A stretch of DNA of 35,662 bases, taken from an uncultured Candidatus Bathyarchaeia archaeon (GTDB lineage Archaea > Thermoproteota > Bathyarchaeia > Bathyarchaeales > DTEX01). The stretch covers positions 1 through 35,662 of the forward strand of contig CAYNMB010000001.1 of NCBI GenBank assembly GCA_964398235.1. The letters are read 5' to 3'. Positions 34,600-35,662 of this stretch are shown here, piece by piece. The first letter of the stretch is position 1, and every line of letters starts with the position of its first letter. The translations under genes were made by a program, and so were the position numbers. The notes under the pieces were generated by a model. The model was given only the letters and a program-made list of their open reading frames with translations. It was not told the origin of the DNA and made no database searches.

Positions 34600-35662
34600 T
34601 TAGGCTTTCCGTCTCGATATGTTCCGTCTTTTCTTTCTGATCTCCTTCTCTAATGTGGTCATCTTTTTAAGGGCTTTTGAAATTTCATCATAAATTGCGG
34701 GTAGATCCCATCCCCCCGATGAATAATTGTATGAGGTTTTAGCGGTTTTTATGCTGACGGTGACTTCATAGCGTTTCTTTGGTCCCTTAGAGGCCGACTT
34801 TATAATACTCTTTGCCTCAAGGATTGGTGGAAGAAATCTGCTTAACCCGTTAACTAAACGTATGAACTTTACTTTTGTAGCCTCAGCCTCAAACGGGTCG
34901 GTTGGCAACCCAATCATATATACTGGCACTTCAGGCTTAATGTTTCTAGGTGAAACAAGGTTTGCATAGTCCCTATAGGTTATTATTCCTTGAACTTCAT
35001 CGCCAACGGTTACTAGACAGTATGAGGAGTTTTGATTAAGCATGTTTTCAGCAACTTTCCCTATTGGGGTTTGGGGATCGCAGGTCAGTAATTGTGTAGA
35101 CATTGCGGTTTCTACAGGTCGATTTAAAGGACTAATTACGTTTGAAACGCCCATGACATATCTCTCGCTTTCTACGCTAGCCAAAAAATCGAATACTATT
35201 TTAGTGGAAGTTATGATTCCAACCAGCTTCTTGCTCTCAACTATTGGTAGATGATCAATTTTCTCTCGTAACATTATTTCCCTTGCTTTAGAAACTTTCT
35301 CTTTAGCCGATATTGTTGTAGGCGTGGGCGTCATAATTTTGGAGGCTCTTATCTTTCCTAGGGCGCTATCCTTAACACTATTAACTATGGTTTTAATGTC
35401 TATTTTACCGATGATCTTATTTTTTGCAAAAATGGGTAATGCCCTTAGTCTATATTCCGACATTATTTTAGCTGCTTGAAACAATTCAGCGTTGACTGAA
35501 ATTTTCGGAACGAGATTTAGGAGAGATTCAATTTTTGTTCCAGCGATCTTCTTTACACTTAAAAGATCCCTTACTGTAACTGTTCCAACCTTATTATCCA
35601 CACGAGTGAACACTTCATAGGAGTTTTTTTCCTTCATTAGGCCTACTGCCTTAGATGCTAGG
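34600..35662 (-). CDS. Multi-CBS-domain protein with a C-terminal HPF/RaiA-like domain; 5' end probably lies beyond the window edge
   Basis: There are at least three full CBS repeats plus a partial first one. The reading frame stays open through the last 25 nt of the window upstream of the track ATG at 35637 (..LASKAVGLMKEKNSYEVF reads like mid-CBS). The C-terminal roughly 100 aa has a beta-alpha-beta-beta-beta-alpha pattern and a basic tail. Confidence 0.7.
   Translation of the reverse strand, partial: LASKAVGLMKEKNSYEVFTRVDNKVGTVTVRDLLSVKKIAGTKIESLLNLVPKISVNAELFQAAKIMSEYRLRALPIFAKNKIIGKIDIKTIVNSVKDSALGKIRASKIMTPTPTTISAKEKVSKAREIMLREKIDHLPIVESKKLVGIITSTKIVFDFLASVESERYVMGVSNVISPLNRPVETAMSTQLLTCDPQTPIGKVAENMLNQNSSYCLVTVGDEVQGIITYRDYANLVSPRNIKPEVPVYMIGLPTDPFEAEATKVKFIRLVNGLSRFLPPILEAKSIIKSASKGPKKRYEVTVSIKTAKTSYNYSSGGWDLPAIYDEISKALKKMTTLEKEIRKKRRNISRRKA

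Noticed and set aside
1-35662. A search for CRISPR repeats, IS/transposase or integrase genes, long direct or terminal inverted repeats, and toxin-antitoxin or defence gene pairs.
   Set aside because: I saw no regularly spaced repeats and no mobile-element genes. The tRNA at the left edge is not flanked by an integrase or a duplicated tRNA 3' fragment within the window.

Overview
AT-rich archaeal chromosomal segment. Archaeal markers are Alba, ribosomal protein S3Ae, Sec61beta, an RPA-type OB-fold protein, FtsZ and an intron-containing tRNA whose stems are almost all G:C, which suggests a thermophile. The window is densely packed with about 36 genes on both strands, mostly core functions: pyrG, serS, metG, purB, pyrF, pncB, a PfkA-family phosphofructokinase, hypF-hypC-hypD and ftsZ. 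I found no CRISPR array, transposase, integrase or obvious defence island. Three real small genes fall below the ORF-track length cut-off. One is a Sec61beta gene hidden in a GC-rich patch. The other two are paralogous ribbon-helix-helix genes, and one of them overlaps the ftsZ start in a cdrS-ftsZ-like arrangement. The items most worth follow-up are: (1) a 580-aa signal-peptide/TM/coiled-coil glycoprotein whose sequence blocks and architecture resemble eukaryotic ribophorin I (OST1); (2) the RHH-ftsZ module and its orphan paralog; (3) a multi-CBS protein, truncated by the window edge, with a C-terminal domain patterned like a bacterial HPF/RaiA ribosome-hibernation fold; (4) a tRNA-Val with two introns, one at a non-canonical position; (5) a PfkA-family kinase with PPi-type signature residues; (6) a DUF5131 (phage Gp37/Gp68-like) CX3CX2C protein just downstream of hypFCD. 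All functional calls rest on by-eye motif recognition, with no database searches. Many start codons are TTG or GTG, so several 5' ends are uncertain.
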